A stretch of DNA of 64,000 nucleotides from Eledone cirrhosa. Its lineage: Eukaryota. The notes under the pieces are model-generated. The model had not been told where the DNA came from, did no database searches, and saw only the letters and a program-made list of their open reading frames with translations. A program made the translations under genes and the position numbers. The stretch's first letter is position 1. Each line of letters begins with the position of its first letter. Shown one piece after another: positions 54,359 through 64,000 of this stretch. The stretch lies in NCBI GenBank assembly GCA_964016885.1, contig OZ024742.1:348130001-348194000 (forward strand). Direction: 5' to 3'.

Positions 54359-55087
54359 AAAATGAACCCATAACAAAAATGTACTGACACATTAGACACT
54401 TTGAAAAATACTTTTAAAAAGTCGAGCAAAATTTATTATTTAATCTCATTCTCTTTTAAAGACTTATTATTAGTAGTATCAATGTTTATTATTAACAGGA
54501 CCTGCGATATTTGTTCCAGTTCTTTACATTCCGAGTTCAAATCCTGCAAGGTCAGTTTTTCCTTCCCTCCTCCTTTTTATGGGGGAGGGGGTCGATAAAA
54601 TAAAGTACCAGTAAAGTACTGGGGTTGATTTAAATAGTGGATTGGCAGCATCGGTAGAGCGTCTGACACCATGTGTCATGACATGAAATTACGTCCCTTT
54701 ACTTTCTGAATTCAAATCCCTCCGCAGTTAGCTTTGCCTTTCATCCTTATGGGGTTGATAAAATAAAGTACCAGTGTCACACTGGGGTCGATTTCATCGA
54801 TTTTCCCCTCCCCCCCCAAATTGCTGGCCACGTGCCTGAAGTAGAAACAAGTATTATAATGATGTGATGTTTCTGGTTGAATTAGAGAATTGGCCAGAAT
54901 GGTTTATGGCATTCATTTCAGTTCTTTATATTCTGAGTTGGTATCCTACCACGGTCAACTTTGTCTTTCTTCCTTGTGGGGGCTAATAAAATACTGTACC
55001 AGTCAAGTACTGGGGTGGGGGTCGATCTAGTCAACTTCCCCTTCCCTTAAAAATTGTTGGTCTTGTGCCTGAATAAAGAAAATACGT

Positions 55088-55260
55088 CTGTTCTTCCATG
55101 CTAGCATGGGTTAGACGGGTTGTCTTGTTGTGGGCAGTGTCTGGTCGGCTGACCATGCCTTGCTCATATGGGAACTGATTCTGGCTTGATTTCTACAGCT
55201 GGATGCCCTTCCTAACACCAACCTCATTTACAGTGAGTGCTGGGTGCTTTTTTACTGTGG
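55088..55260 (-). mobile_element. RTE-type 3' tail remnant
   Basis: CTTCCATGCTAGCATGGGTTAGACGGG and TTCTACAGCTGGATGCCCTTCCTAACACCAACC are reverse complements of motifs at 61910-62045. Confidence 0.7.
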
Positions 55261-55427
55261 CACCTCCACGACCACTTTAAATCCCACTGAGGTTAGCTTT
55301 GCTTTTCATCCTTCCAGGGTCAATAAAATAAAGTACCAGTAATGCACAGGGGTCGATTTAATTGACTTTTCCCCCTCCCTCAAAATTGCTGGTCTTGTAC
55401 CTAAATCAGAAACCATTATTGTTATTT

Positions 55428-55532
55428 TTACTACTACTACTACTACCACCATTGCTACTGCTCTTCTACTTCTACTACTGCTGCTGTTACTATTACCACC
55501 ACCACCACCACCACCACCACCACCACCACTAC
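55428..55532. repeat. (CTA)n/(CTG)n/(CCA)n compound microsatellite
   Basis: Visible trinucleotide runs. Confidence 0.9.
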
Positions 55533-56404
55533 AATCACAAATCACGCCTTTGATCTTTCTGGATATACCAGTTATGTACTGGGACCAATTAAACTCTCCT
55601 TCTATTCCTCATATCTTTGCACATGTTAGAAATGATATCATTGGGGACTGGTTGCCAGAGTTGTTAGAGTATTGGTTATAAATATCATGTGATATTTAGT
55701 CATGGCTCTTTATGTTCTGGAAGATGGCAAATTGGCAGAGTCGTTAGGCTGGCAGATTAAAAATACTTCATGTATTTATTCCTGATCACTGTGCTCTGAG
55801 TTGAAATCCTGCTTGAGGTCAACTTTACCCTTTACCTTTTCAAGGTCCATTACTGAGGTTGATTGTTCCACTTAATCAATTTCTCTCTCTCCATTTTTTT
55901 TCACCTCCTGGGGTAATTTACCTGACTTATTCAACTATTATTTCCAATTATCAATCATTATTGGTGGATTGGCAGTATCGGTAGAGGGTCAGACATGCTT
56001 TCCAGCATAGTTACGTCCCTTTACGATCTGAGTTCAAATCCCGCCGAGGTTGACTTTGCCTTTCATCCTTACGGGGTCGATAAAATAAAGTACCAGTAAT
56101 GCACTGGGTAATTGCTGGCCTTGTGCCTAAAGTAGAAACAATTATTATAATTATAGGGCGGTGGATTGGCAGTATCGGTAGAAGGTCGGACGGCATGCTT
56201 TGACGCATAGAGTTACGGCCCTTGCCATTCTGAGTTCAAATCCCGCCGAGGTTAACTTTGCCTTTCATCTTTACGAGGTCGATAAAATAAAGTACCAGTA
56301 ATACACTGGGTAATTGCTGGCCTTGTGCCAAAAGTAGAAACAATTATTATAATTATCTGCATTGTGGTGACTATATATATATATATATATATTATGTGTG
56401 TTCT

Positions 56405-56565
56405 GTATGAGCAAGACATGGTCATCTGACCTGACGTTTCTCACAACAGGACAACTCGTCTAACCCATGCTAGCGTAGAAAAAATTGACATTAAACGGTG
56501 ATGATGATGATCATCATCATCTTCATTTTATGTCCGCTTTTCCCTGCTTGCAAGGGTGGGACAAT
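56405..56565. mobile_element. Two RTE-type tail remnants joined tail to tail across (GAT)n/(CAT)n
   Basis: AACCCATGCTAGCGTAGAAA...TTAAACGGTGATGATGAT followed by CATCATCATC...GTCCGCTTTTCCCTGCTTGCAAGGGTGGGAC. Confidence 0.6.
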
Positions 56566-56613
56566 GATATATATTTATATTGGAAAATGCGTGAGATCCT
56601 TGGTACAGTTAGG

Positions 56614-56939
56614 TATATTTGAAAAAAGGAAAAGAATGTCTTCATTTGTAGTTGGTTTTCTATAACTATTTAATTTTACAATTTTATAATTTTGTTATGT
56701 ATGTTTAATAAGTCCTTTGTTAACTTCGGTGGAAAGTTTTTAAAAAAAAAACCTGGTTAACTTTCTGGAGAACTTTCTCGCACAAAGTTAACCAGGATTT
56801 AAAAAAATATTTCCACTAAAGTTAACAAAGGACTTATTACATCTATATAGCAAAATTATAAAATTGTAAAATTATGAAATTAAATTGTTATAGAATACTA
56901 ACTATAAGTGAAGTCATTCTTTTCCTGTTTTCAAATATA
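56614..56939. repeat. ~326-bp imperfect palindrome (fold-back, MITE-like or hairpin-RNA locus)
   Basis: Arms of ~150 nt, e.g. TATATTTGAAAAAAGGAAAAGAATG vs CATTCTTTTCCTGTTTTCAAATATA, TAATAAGTCCTTTGTTAACTT vs AAGTTAACAAAGGACTTATTA, CCTGGTTAACTTT vs AAAGTTAACCAGG. Confidence 0.9.
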
Positions 56940-57138
56940 TATATATATATATGTGTGTGTGTGGTGTGTGTTTATTACTTGAACATTCTCTGGTAGTATC
57001 AACACTGCTCAGAACTGCTGGAAGGAGCAATACTGTCAGAAGACAGTATTGTTGTGATGATCTCCAGTCAAGAGGCAATAGCTGATGATGGAAATGTTCA
57101 GGGAAAGCTCTATCTAATATATATATATTTCCATGTGA

Positions 57139-57345
57139 AGGCACATGGCTTAGTGGTTAGAGCTTTGGGCGTACAATCGTAAGGTTGTGAGTTTGATTCT
57201 CGGACCAGGCTTCACATTGTGTTCTTGAGCAAGAGACTTTCACGTTGCTCAATTTACTCAGTGGTAGAAAGGAATTGTGATATCACTGGTGGCAAGCTGT
57301 ATTGGTCTTTGCCTTTCTCTTGGACAACATTGGTAGAGGGGAGAC
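57139..57345 (+). mobile_element. tRNA-headed CORE-like SINE copy
   Basis: A-box-like TGGCTTAGTGGTTAG, B-box-like GAGTTTGATTCTC, then GTGTTCTTGAGCAAGAGACTT resembling the CORE domain start; a second head lies at about 57656-57730. Confidence 0.65.
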
Positions 57346-57497
57346 ATTGTTTCTTTGATTTGATTTGACGAGTTCCACCCCACTCAGTAAGCGAATGAGA
57401 TCTGGGAACTTGTTGATCGTTTAATGAGTAGTAACACAACAGTTAGTTCACCATAACGAGAACAATTGTTTCACCTTATTATTTATTACCTTCCAGT

Positions 57498-57498
<1 letters not shown>

Positions 57499-57553
<55 letters not shown>
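57499..57553. repeat. (CT)n microsatellite
   Basis: Pure dinucleotide run. Confidence 0.97.
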
Positions 57554-57557
<4 letters not shown>

Positions 57558-58300
57558 CATATACATCCTCTTTCTCTCTCAGACACTCACACATACATAA
57601 TTATATGTGAAATATACCATTCATTGATGAATGCTTAAAAGTATTATGAAGGAGAAGGCACATGGCCTAGTGGTGAGGGTGTTGGACTCGGGATCATAAG
57701 GTGATAGTTTTGATTTCTGGACCAGGTGGGGCTTTTAAAAAAAATTTTTTTTTAGCAATTTACTTTTTATCATTTAGGTTTAAATACAGATATGTTAAGA
57801 TTACAGCACACAGACTCACTATCACAATGACTTGTTAATCAAAATACTTCATTTCATATTACTATATGTAACAAGACTGACCCTTATAGTTAAAACACCA
57901 AAGAACCCTCCTATGAATTGTAACCTTGTCGAAGACCAGCTAAATGAGCATCTTTGTGAGCTGTAAGTTTATTTATTTATTCAATTTAAACGTCGGTATA
58001 GAGCTAGTAAACCATGACAGACTAGGGGAAGTATTAAGTACTCCTAATCAAAAAGAGCTAGTGAGACAAGTAATAGAAAAAAATTGATTAAATGGAAAAG
58101 AAAAAAAAAATTCCAATATTGAAGGCCAGTGGGAGGTAGATTATACATAAGAAGATGAAAAAGGAAAATAGGAACCATGAGATGTAAAATAGAAGTTTTC
58201 CTTGTTGAATCTTTTCATAGCTTCCATTTTTTTTTTTTCAAATGTATTATGGAAAACAAGTACAAAATAATTTCTCAATTTGAAGACTTTAACATAAAGT

Positions 58301-58443
58301 TAACTACAATTTTCAAATGTTAATGTAAATATAACTACAATTTTCAAATGTTAATGTAAATATAACTACAATTTTCAAATGTTAATGTAAATATAACTAC
58401 AATTTTCAAATGTTAATGTAAATATAACTACAATTTTCAAATG
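58301..58443. repeat. 31-bp minisatellite, about 4.6 identical copies (TAACTACAATTTTCAAATGTTAATGTAAATA)
   Basis: Exact tandem repetition. Confidence 0.95.
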
Positions 58444-58504
58444 AGAAACTTTTACTGTGAAAAGAATGAAGTGTGAAGTGTAAATACTTTCATCAATTCC
58501 CTGT

Positions 58505-59370
58505 ACATAGAACAACATACTTTACACTACTTACCTGAGCTACCATGTTGATATAACACTACTTACCTGAGCTACCATGTTGATATAACACTACTTACCT
58601 GAGCTACCATGTTGATATAACACTACTTACCTGAGCTACCATGTTGATATCACACAGAACAACATACTTTACACTACTTACCTGAGCTACCATGTTGATA
58701 TCGCACAGAACAACATACTTTACACTACTTACCTGAGCTACCATGTTGATATCACACAGAACAACATACTTTACACTACTTACCTGAGCTACCATGTTGA
58801 TATCACACAGAACAACATACTTTACACTACTTACCTGAGCTACCATGTTGATATCACACACAACAACATACTTTACACTACTTACCTGAGCTACCATGTT
58901 GATATCACACAGAACAACATACTTTACACTACTTACCTGAGCTACCATGTTGATATCACACAGAACAACATAGATAACACTACTTACCTGAGCTACCATG
59001 TTGATATCATTAGCAACATAGCTAACACTACTTACCTGAGCTACCATGTTGATATCACACAGAACAACATACTTTACACTATTTACCTGAGCTACCATGT
59101 TGATATCACACAGAACAACATAGATAACACTACTTACCTGAGCTACCATGTTGATATCACACAGAACAACATAGATAACACTACTTACCTGAGCTACCAT
59201 GTTGATATCATTAACAACATAGCTAACACTACTTACCTGAGCTACCATGTTGATATCATTAACAACATAGATAACACTACTTACCTGAGCTACCATGTTG
59301 ATATCATTAACAACATAGATAACACTACTTACCTGAGCTACCATGTTGATATCATTAACAACATAGCTAA
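58505..59370. repeat. Minisatellite of 18 units (32, 51 and 48 bp) sharing the core ACACTACTTACCTGAGCTACCATGTTGATAT
   Basis: Tandem repetition; the ORF at 58604-59344 is its translation. Confidence 0.95.
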
Positions 59371-59420
59371 AGTTTCTTGATTGTTAATTCTGTTATTTTG
59401 ATGTTTTCTTGTCTTTGAAA

Positions 59421-59575
59421 GTGGATTGGCAGAAATGTTAGGGTGTCAGATTAAATGCTCTGATATTTGTTCTGGCTCTCTACACTCTCAGTCCAAATCA
59501 TACTGAGGTCAATTTTGTCTTTCATCCTTTCAAGGTCAATAAATAAAGTACCAGTTAATTACTGGGGTCGATTCT
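59421..59575 (+). mobile_element. tRNA-derived SINE copy
   Basis: GTGGATTGGCAGAAATGTTAG...GAGGTCAATTTTGTCTTTCATCC...GTACCAGT...ACTGGGGTCGAT. Confidence 0.75.
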
Positions 59576-59864
59576 TTCTGTGTGTGTAAAAAAAATCAGC
59601 TATGTTCCAACCTGGAGAGGGATGGGCTCTGCCAGGTTTAAAAAACATACCATGTGTCAGGAGGCTGCCCCAACATCTCCATTGTGAGTTAAGGGTTCTT
59701 CCCCTTCTTTCTCTTCCTTAATTAGAGACTTTACACAACATTTATAAACAAACAAATGTTTTACATTCCAAACTAAACAAAAATTGCAGGAAATTGTTGT
59801 TTTTTTTATTTGTAATTAACTTTAAATTTGTTTTTAGTTTAATTTCAGAAATGTTACAATCAAA

Positions 59865-60260
59865 TTGTCTGTTGTCCACTAATTTATTGCCTGTCTACTG
59901 AGCTATTTTCTATTGATCTGTACTCTGCTGAGCTATTCTCTGTTGATTTGTCCACCAATCTGCTCTACAGATCTGTTCCCTACACATATACTAATCAGTT
60001 CTATACAGATGTACTGATCTTTACTGATGTACACTTTACAGATCTATTGATCTATTCTCTACAAATGTACTAATCTGTTCTCTAGAAACCTATAGATCTG
60101 TTTTTTACAGATGTACTTATCTATTCTCTACTGAACTTTTCACTACAGATGTAGTGATCTCTTTTTTACAGATGTACAAATCTGTTCTCTACAGATCTAT
60201 TATCTACTCTCTACAGATGTACTGACCTCTTCTTTACAGACGTACTTGTTTGTTCCCCTT
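59865..60260. repeat. Old degenerate ~23-bp minisatellite (TGATCTGTTCTCTACAGATGTAC-like)
   Basis: Recurrent ACAGATGTAC and ATCTGTTCTCT words at roughly regular spacing. Confidence 0.7.
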
Positions 60261-60921
60261 TCTGGTATTTGTGACATTAAACTTTGTTTTTCTTCCACTT
60301 TTGGTTTTCTCAAATCTCTCTCTCTCCAGAACATCTATGAGGAACAAGGAGAGAGGATTTGTTAGTACAGTGGTAAGAGCAAGAAAAAGTAGAGAGAGAG
60401 GGAGATTTTATAAAATGTTGCTCACATAAAATTGTTACGTTGGAAATGTTTCTGAATAAAAGATTTAACCCTTTAGCATTTAAACCTGCTGTATCCGGCC
60501 AGAATTCTCTCACCTCTTTTTGTTCAAACTGGGCATAACTGGCTGATGTTAAGGTATTGTTCTCAAAATAGATAATATCAAAATCTCATAGATTTGATAT
60601 TATGCAAGATATAAACCCTTTACTGTAAAAATACAATAGTATATATAGAGGAATCTAAATGCTAAAAATGTCAGAAAGTTTCATTGGCTCAACAGAGACA
60701 TCTTATTGATGTTTTCAGACCAAGAAATGTTTTCACATGGGTAGGACTAATTAAATCCTACAACCAAACTCTCACTCTGGGTTGGCTAGGTCTGTCTTTA
60801 ACAAACTTTTACAATGCCATTTCCCACAGGTAAATAGTAGGTAACATTCTTTGTAACTCCTGAATGGAGCACCATCACACCCTCCACACAACTAAATCAG
60901 TTTGGCTCTTCTTTTCATTCA

Positions 60922-61250
60922 TCACCCCACCTCACCTCTTATTTCTGACATTGTTCCAATAATAGAAATAAGGGAGATGTGCTGGAAGAGCCATTCCAAC
61001 TTGCGAGGCTCATACCTGCGGCTGGCTAGCTCAGTGCCTATGGTGGGGAATAGGGAGGTAGTCCTAGGGCCAAGGACACCAGAAGTCTCCACTGTCAGGG
61101 GCACGACTGCGAACCTACCGGAGAGCAACCGGTACTTGGAGAGTTTGGCCTCCTCAGCCTGTGGAGCCACAGCGACATTTATGTGGCTCACAGATCCGGA
61201 GTCCAAGCCTCAAGGAAACGCTCATGTGCAGGCTATCGTTATCCAGCTGT
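60922..61250 (-). mobile_element. Fragment of a restriction-like-endonuclease non-LTR retrotransposon (CRE-like C-terminus)
   Basis: AEEAKLSKYRLL...VPLTVETSGVLGP...IGTELA...EPRKLEWLFQHISL fits the AE..K..KY..L...P..VET.G..G...L.Q.IS pattern of CRE-clade RLE domains. Confidence 0.7.
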
Positions 61251-61295
61251 GTGCCAGTGGAGGAGGAGGGCATTATTGTTGTTGTTGGGAAGATA

Positions 61296-61800
61296 GTGGA
61301 TTGGCAGAATAGTTACAACATATGTATGTTGTGAGTTCAAATCCTACAAATATAAACTGTCTTTCTTCCTTCCAGGGTCCATAAAATAAAGTACCAGTAA
61401 AATACTGAGGTTGATTTAATCAACTTTCCCCTCACCCGACTTAAAAACAACAAAATTTATGCCTAAAATAGAAATCATCAGCATCATCATTATTATTATT
61501 ATCAGTCTTTTGTATTGTCCCCTATATGTCGGCCCTTGTGGCCAATAAATTAAATCTCTTTAATAATGATAATGATAATAATAATAAAAATGGAGTGGTT
61601 TGGCAGTAATCGCTAGTGTTGGACACCATGTTTTGTGGCATATAGTTAGTCTTTTACGTTCTGAGTACAAATCCTACTGAGGTTAACTTTACCTTTCATC
61701 CTTTTGTGGTTGATAAAATAAAGTACCAGTTATACACTGGAGTTGATTTAATCAAATTTATTCTCCCCCAAAATTGCTGGCCTTGTACCTATAGTAGAAA
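61296..61800 (+). mobile_element. Two tRNA-derived SINE copies (about 61296-61475 and 61590-61800)
   Basis: Same head and core module as the 54.5-56.4 kb cluster. Confidence 0.75.
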
Positions 61801-61844
61801 TAATAATAATTATGAGATCGTGTAGGTGTCACGACAAAAAAAAC

Positions 61845-62070
61845 ACAGTCCACGCTGTAATGTGGTCGTGTAGGTAACACAGTAAAAAGCTCCCAGTCCA
61901 CACTGTAAATGTGGTTGGTGTTAGGAAGGGCATCCAGCCGTAGAAAACTTACCAGATAGTCCTATACGAGCGAGACATGGTCACCCGACCAACCTTGCCT
62001 CAAGTGGGACAACTCCCGTCCAACCCATGTTAGCGTGGAAGATGGACGTTAAACGACGATGATGATGATA
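61845..62070 (+). mobile_element. RTE-type 3' tail ending in (GAT)n
   Basis: GGTTGGTGTTAGGAAGGGCATCCAGCCGTAGAAA...CCAACCCATGTTAGCGTGGAAGATGGACGTTAAACGACGATGATGATGAT. Confidence 0.7.
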
Positions 62071-62268
62071 CTGGGATAATTGCTGGCCTTGTGCCAAAAG
62101 AAGACACAATTATTAGTAGTAGTATTAGTAGCAGTAGTATTAGTCTTTCTATATTGCTGTGTACACAAGTACATAGTGGGAGAGTGTGTAATAGAAAGTC
62201 TGCATGTTTATCTGTCAAAAATAATATTGATATTGTACTTCAAAATAATAAACAAAATATGCATAAAT

Positions 62269-62700
62269 ATTAGAGACTATCAGGTCCCCCTCACATTAGA
62301 GACTATCATGTCTCCCTCACATTAGAGACTATCATGTCCCCCTCACATTAGAGACTATCAGGTCCCCCTCACATTAGAGACTATCAGGTCCCCCTCACAT
62401 TAGAGACTATCATGTCCCCCTCACATTAGAGACTATCATGTCCCCCTCACATTAGAGACTATCATGTCCCCCTCACATTAGAGACTATCATGTCTCCCTC
62501 ACATTAGAGACTATCATGTCCCCCTCACATTAGAGACTATCATGTGACCCCTCACATTAGAGACTATCATGTGACCCCCCCCCCCACATTAGAGACTATC
62601 ACCCCCCCCCACATTAGAGACTATCATGTCCCCCTCACATTAGAGACTATCATGTCCCCCCCCCCCATGAACATTAGAGATTATCATGTCCTCCTCCCCT
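62269..62700. repeat. 26-bp minisatellite, about 16 copies (CATTAGAGACTATCATGTCCCCCTCA)
   Basis: Tandem repetition with an unstable C-run in the distal copies. Confidence 0.95.
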
Positions 62701-62814
62701 TAACACAAACCAAAGGTTTGGGGTCTATATAAAGGACCAGTATTTTTTCCAATATTGTGTTGAGTCAGAAACATGGGGTGAATTGATATAATGAAGTACC
62801 CGTTGAAAGGTAAA

Positions 62815-63062
62815 TGGACTGACAGAATTATTAGGGCATCGGATTAAATACCTTGACCTCTGCCATATTTGTTCCGGCTTTCTACATTCTGAATTCAAAT
62901 CCTAAAGGTCAACTTTGTCATCATACTTTTGAGGGGAAGGAAAGGAGGTTAATAAAATAATGACAGACCAGGGCCATGGATTACCGGAATTGTTAAACCA
63001 TTGGACAAGATACCTTGTAGTATTTGTTTCAGCTATTTGTGTTCTGAGTTCAAATTCTGTTG
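62815..63062 (+). mobile_element. Two truncated SINE copies
   Basis: TTCTGAATTCAAATCC...GGTCAACTTTG and TTCTGAGTTCAAATTC motifs with upstream heads. Confidence 0.6.
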
Positions 63063-63334
63063 TGGTTTCATTTATTGCCAGGTTTAACATCAATACCACC
63101 CTTGATTGTTTTTGGTAGAGTCCACTGTTGTAAGCATCCAGGCAATGTTTCTAATTTAAAGATACCATCATCTTTTTCTCTTCCTCCAGTCTTGAAGTCT
63201 TCCAGTAAGGTCATAGACATTGTTCTTCCCCCACTGACTAAACAGTAACACACAACAACTCCTAAGTAACCTTGTTTCTTTATTGATTCCTTGCTAAAAT
63301 TGCTTCTTTTCCCTCTCAAGCAGCTAATATCTCT

Positions 63335-63860
63335 AGGGTCTACTAATCCTCAAAATATAAGGTTTGATGGACCTTATTTCACCTCTTCTAATATATAGTA
63401 TTTTGGGTCCCACATCCTCTGAAATATAAGGTCTATTGTATCTCACCTCATTGAAATATAGGGTCTGTTGGGCCCCACTTCTGAAATATAGGGTCTTTTG
63501 GGCCCCACTTCTGAAATATAGGTTTTTTTTTGGCTTTGCCTCTTTTAAAATATAGGGTCTATTGTACCCCACCTCTTCTAAAATATAGGGTTTGCTGGAT
63601 CTTACCTCACCTTTTCTAAATAGAATTTGTTGTTGTCCCTCACCTCTTCTAAAATATAGGGTTTGATGTACCTGATTTATTCTAAAATATAGGACCTGCT
63701 GGGCATTACTTCTAAAATATAGGGTTTGTTGAATAATCTCTTCTAAAATATAGGGCTGGTTGGGCCCAACCGTTTCTAAAATATAGGATTTGCTGGGCTC
63801 TATTTCTTCTAAAATATGAGGTTTAATGGACCCTATTTCTTCTAAAATATAGGGCCTGTA
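63335..63860. repeat. Degenerate ~30-35-bp minisatellite with core TCTAAAATATAGGG, about 16 copies
   Basis: Recurrent CTTCTAAAATATAGGG at regular spacing. Confidence 0.85.
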
Positions 63861-64000
63861 ATGCTTTACCAAATGATACCAATATATATTCCAGTTACAT
63901 ATAAACTCCTGATCTCATGAACTCACTACACCCACATCTCATTTCTAAATTTAACAAGAGCCAAATTAATTAAAACCTATGAAAAATTTTTAATAATTAC

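Larger units (their letters stand above)
54495..56350 (+). mobile_element. Cluster of about 8 tRNA-derived SINE copies and fragments (octopus-type family)
   Basis: Repeated module GGATTGGCAG..TCG(G/T)TAG ... TTCTGAGTTCAAATCC..CCGAGGT(T/C)(G/A)ACTTTGCCTTTCATCC..GGGGTCGATAAAATAAAGTACCAGT...ACTGGG...TTGCTGGCCTTGTGCC at about 54500, 54637, 54885, 55280, 55645, 55725, 55965 and 56160. Confidence 0.85.

Noticed and set aside
57139-57730. Two tRNA genes (57139 and 57656)
   Set aside because: A and B boxes are degenerate, no clean cloverleaf is evident, and the first runs into a SINE body, so they are SINE heads.
58604-59344. 246-aa repeat protein gene
   Set aside because: Entirely minisatellite; frame openness follows from 48/51-bp units. 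There is no unique domain or expression evidence, so it is kept only as part of the splice-donor finding.
63333-63872. 179-aa minus-strand ORF (PYILEE repeats)
   Set aside because: The reading switches between repeat frames mid-ORF, consistent with a decayed minisatellite rather than a conserved protein.

Overview
Eukaryotic, repeat-dense genomic DNA. The SINE and RTE families look like those of octopus (inference). Bases 1-37020 are one 41-bp purine-rich satellite (about 900 monomers, with kb-scale higher-order duplications). Its monomer matches, at 36/41 nt, a GAAAGA-bounded 41-bp segment of the reverse-transcriptase ORF of a decayed RTE LINE lying directly at the array's 3' edge, so the satellite appears to be born from LINE coding sequence with its parent still attached. 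The only host gene is the 3' part of a PAM-like peptide-amidating enzyme on the + strand: four exons (41531-41643, 42563-42674, 43706-43891, 54133-54320) encoding the end of the PAL domain, a transmembrane helix and a PAM-type cytosolic tail. Its introns hold further tandem arrays (21/22, 47 and 28 bp) that stop just short of splice acceptors, a near full-length inactivated RTE with a PHD-like finger inside its RT, and a second RTE fragment. Downstream lie a SINE cluster, a ~326-bp hairpin, an array of 18 splice-donor motifs, a CRE-like LINE fragment and several small minisatellites. There is no CRISPR array or prokaryotic gene. All calls were made by eye without database searches, and repeat boundaries are approximate.
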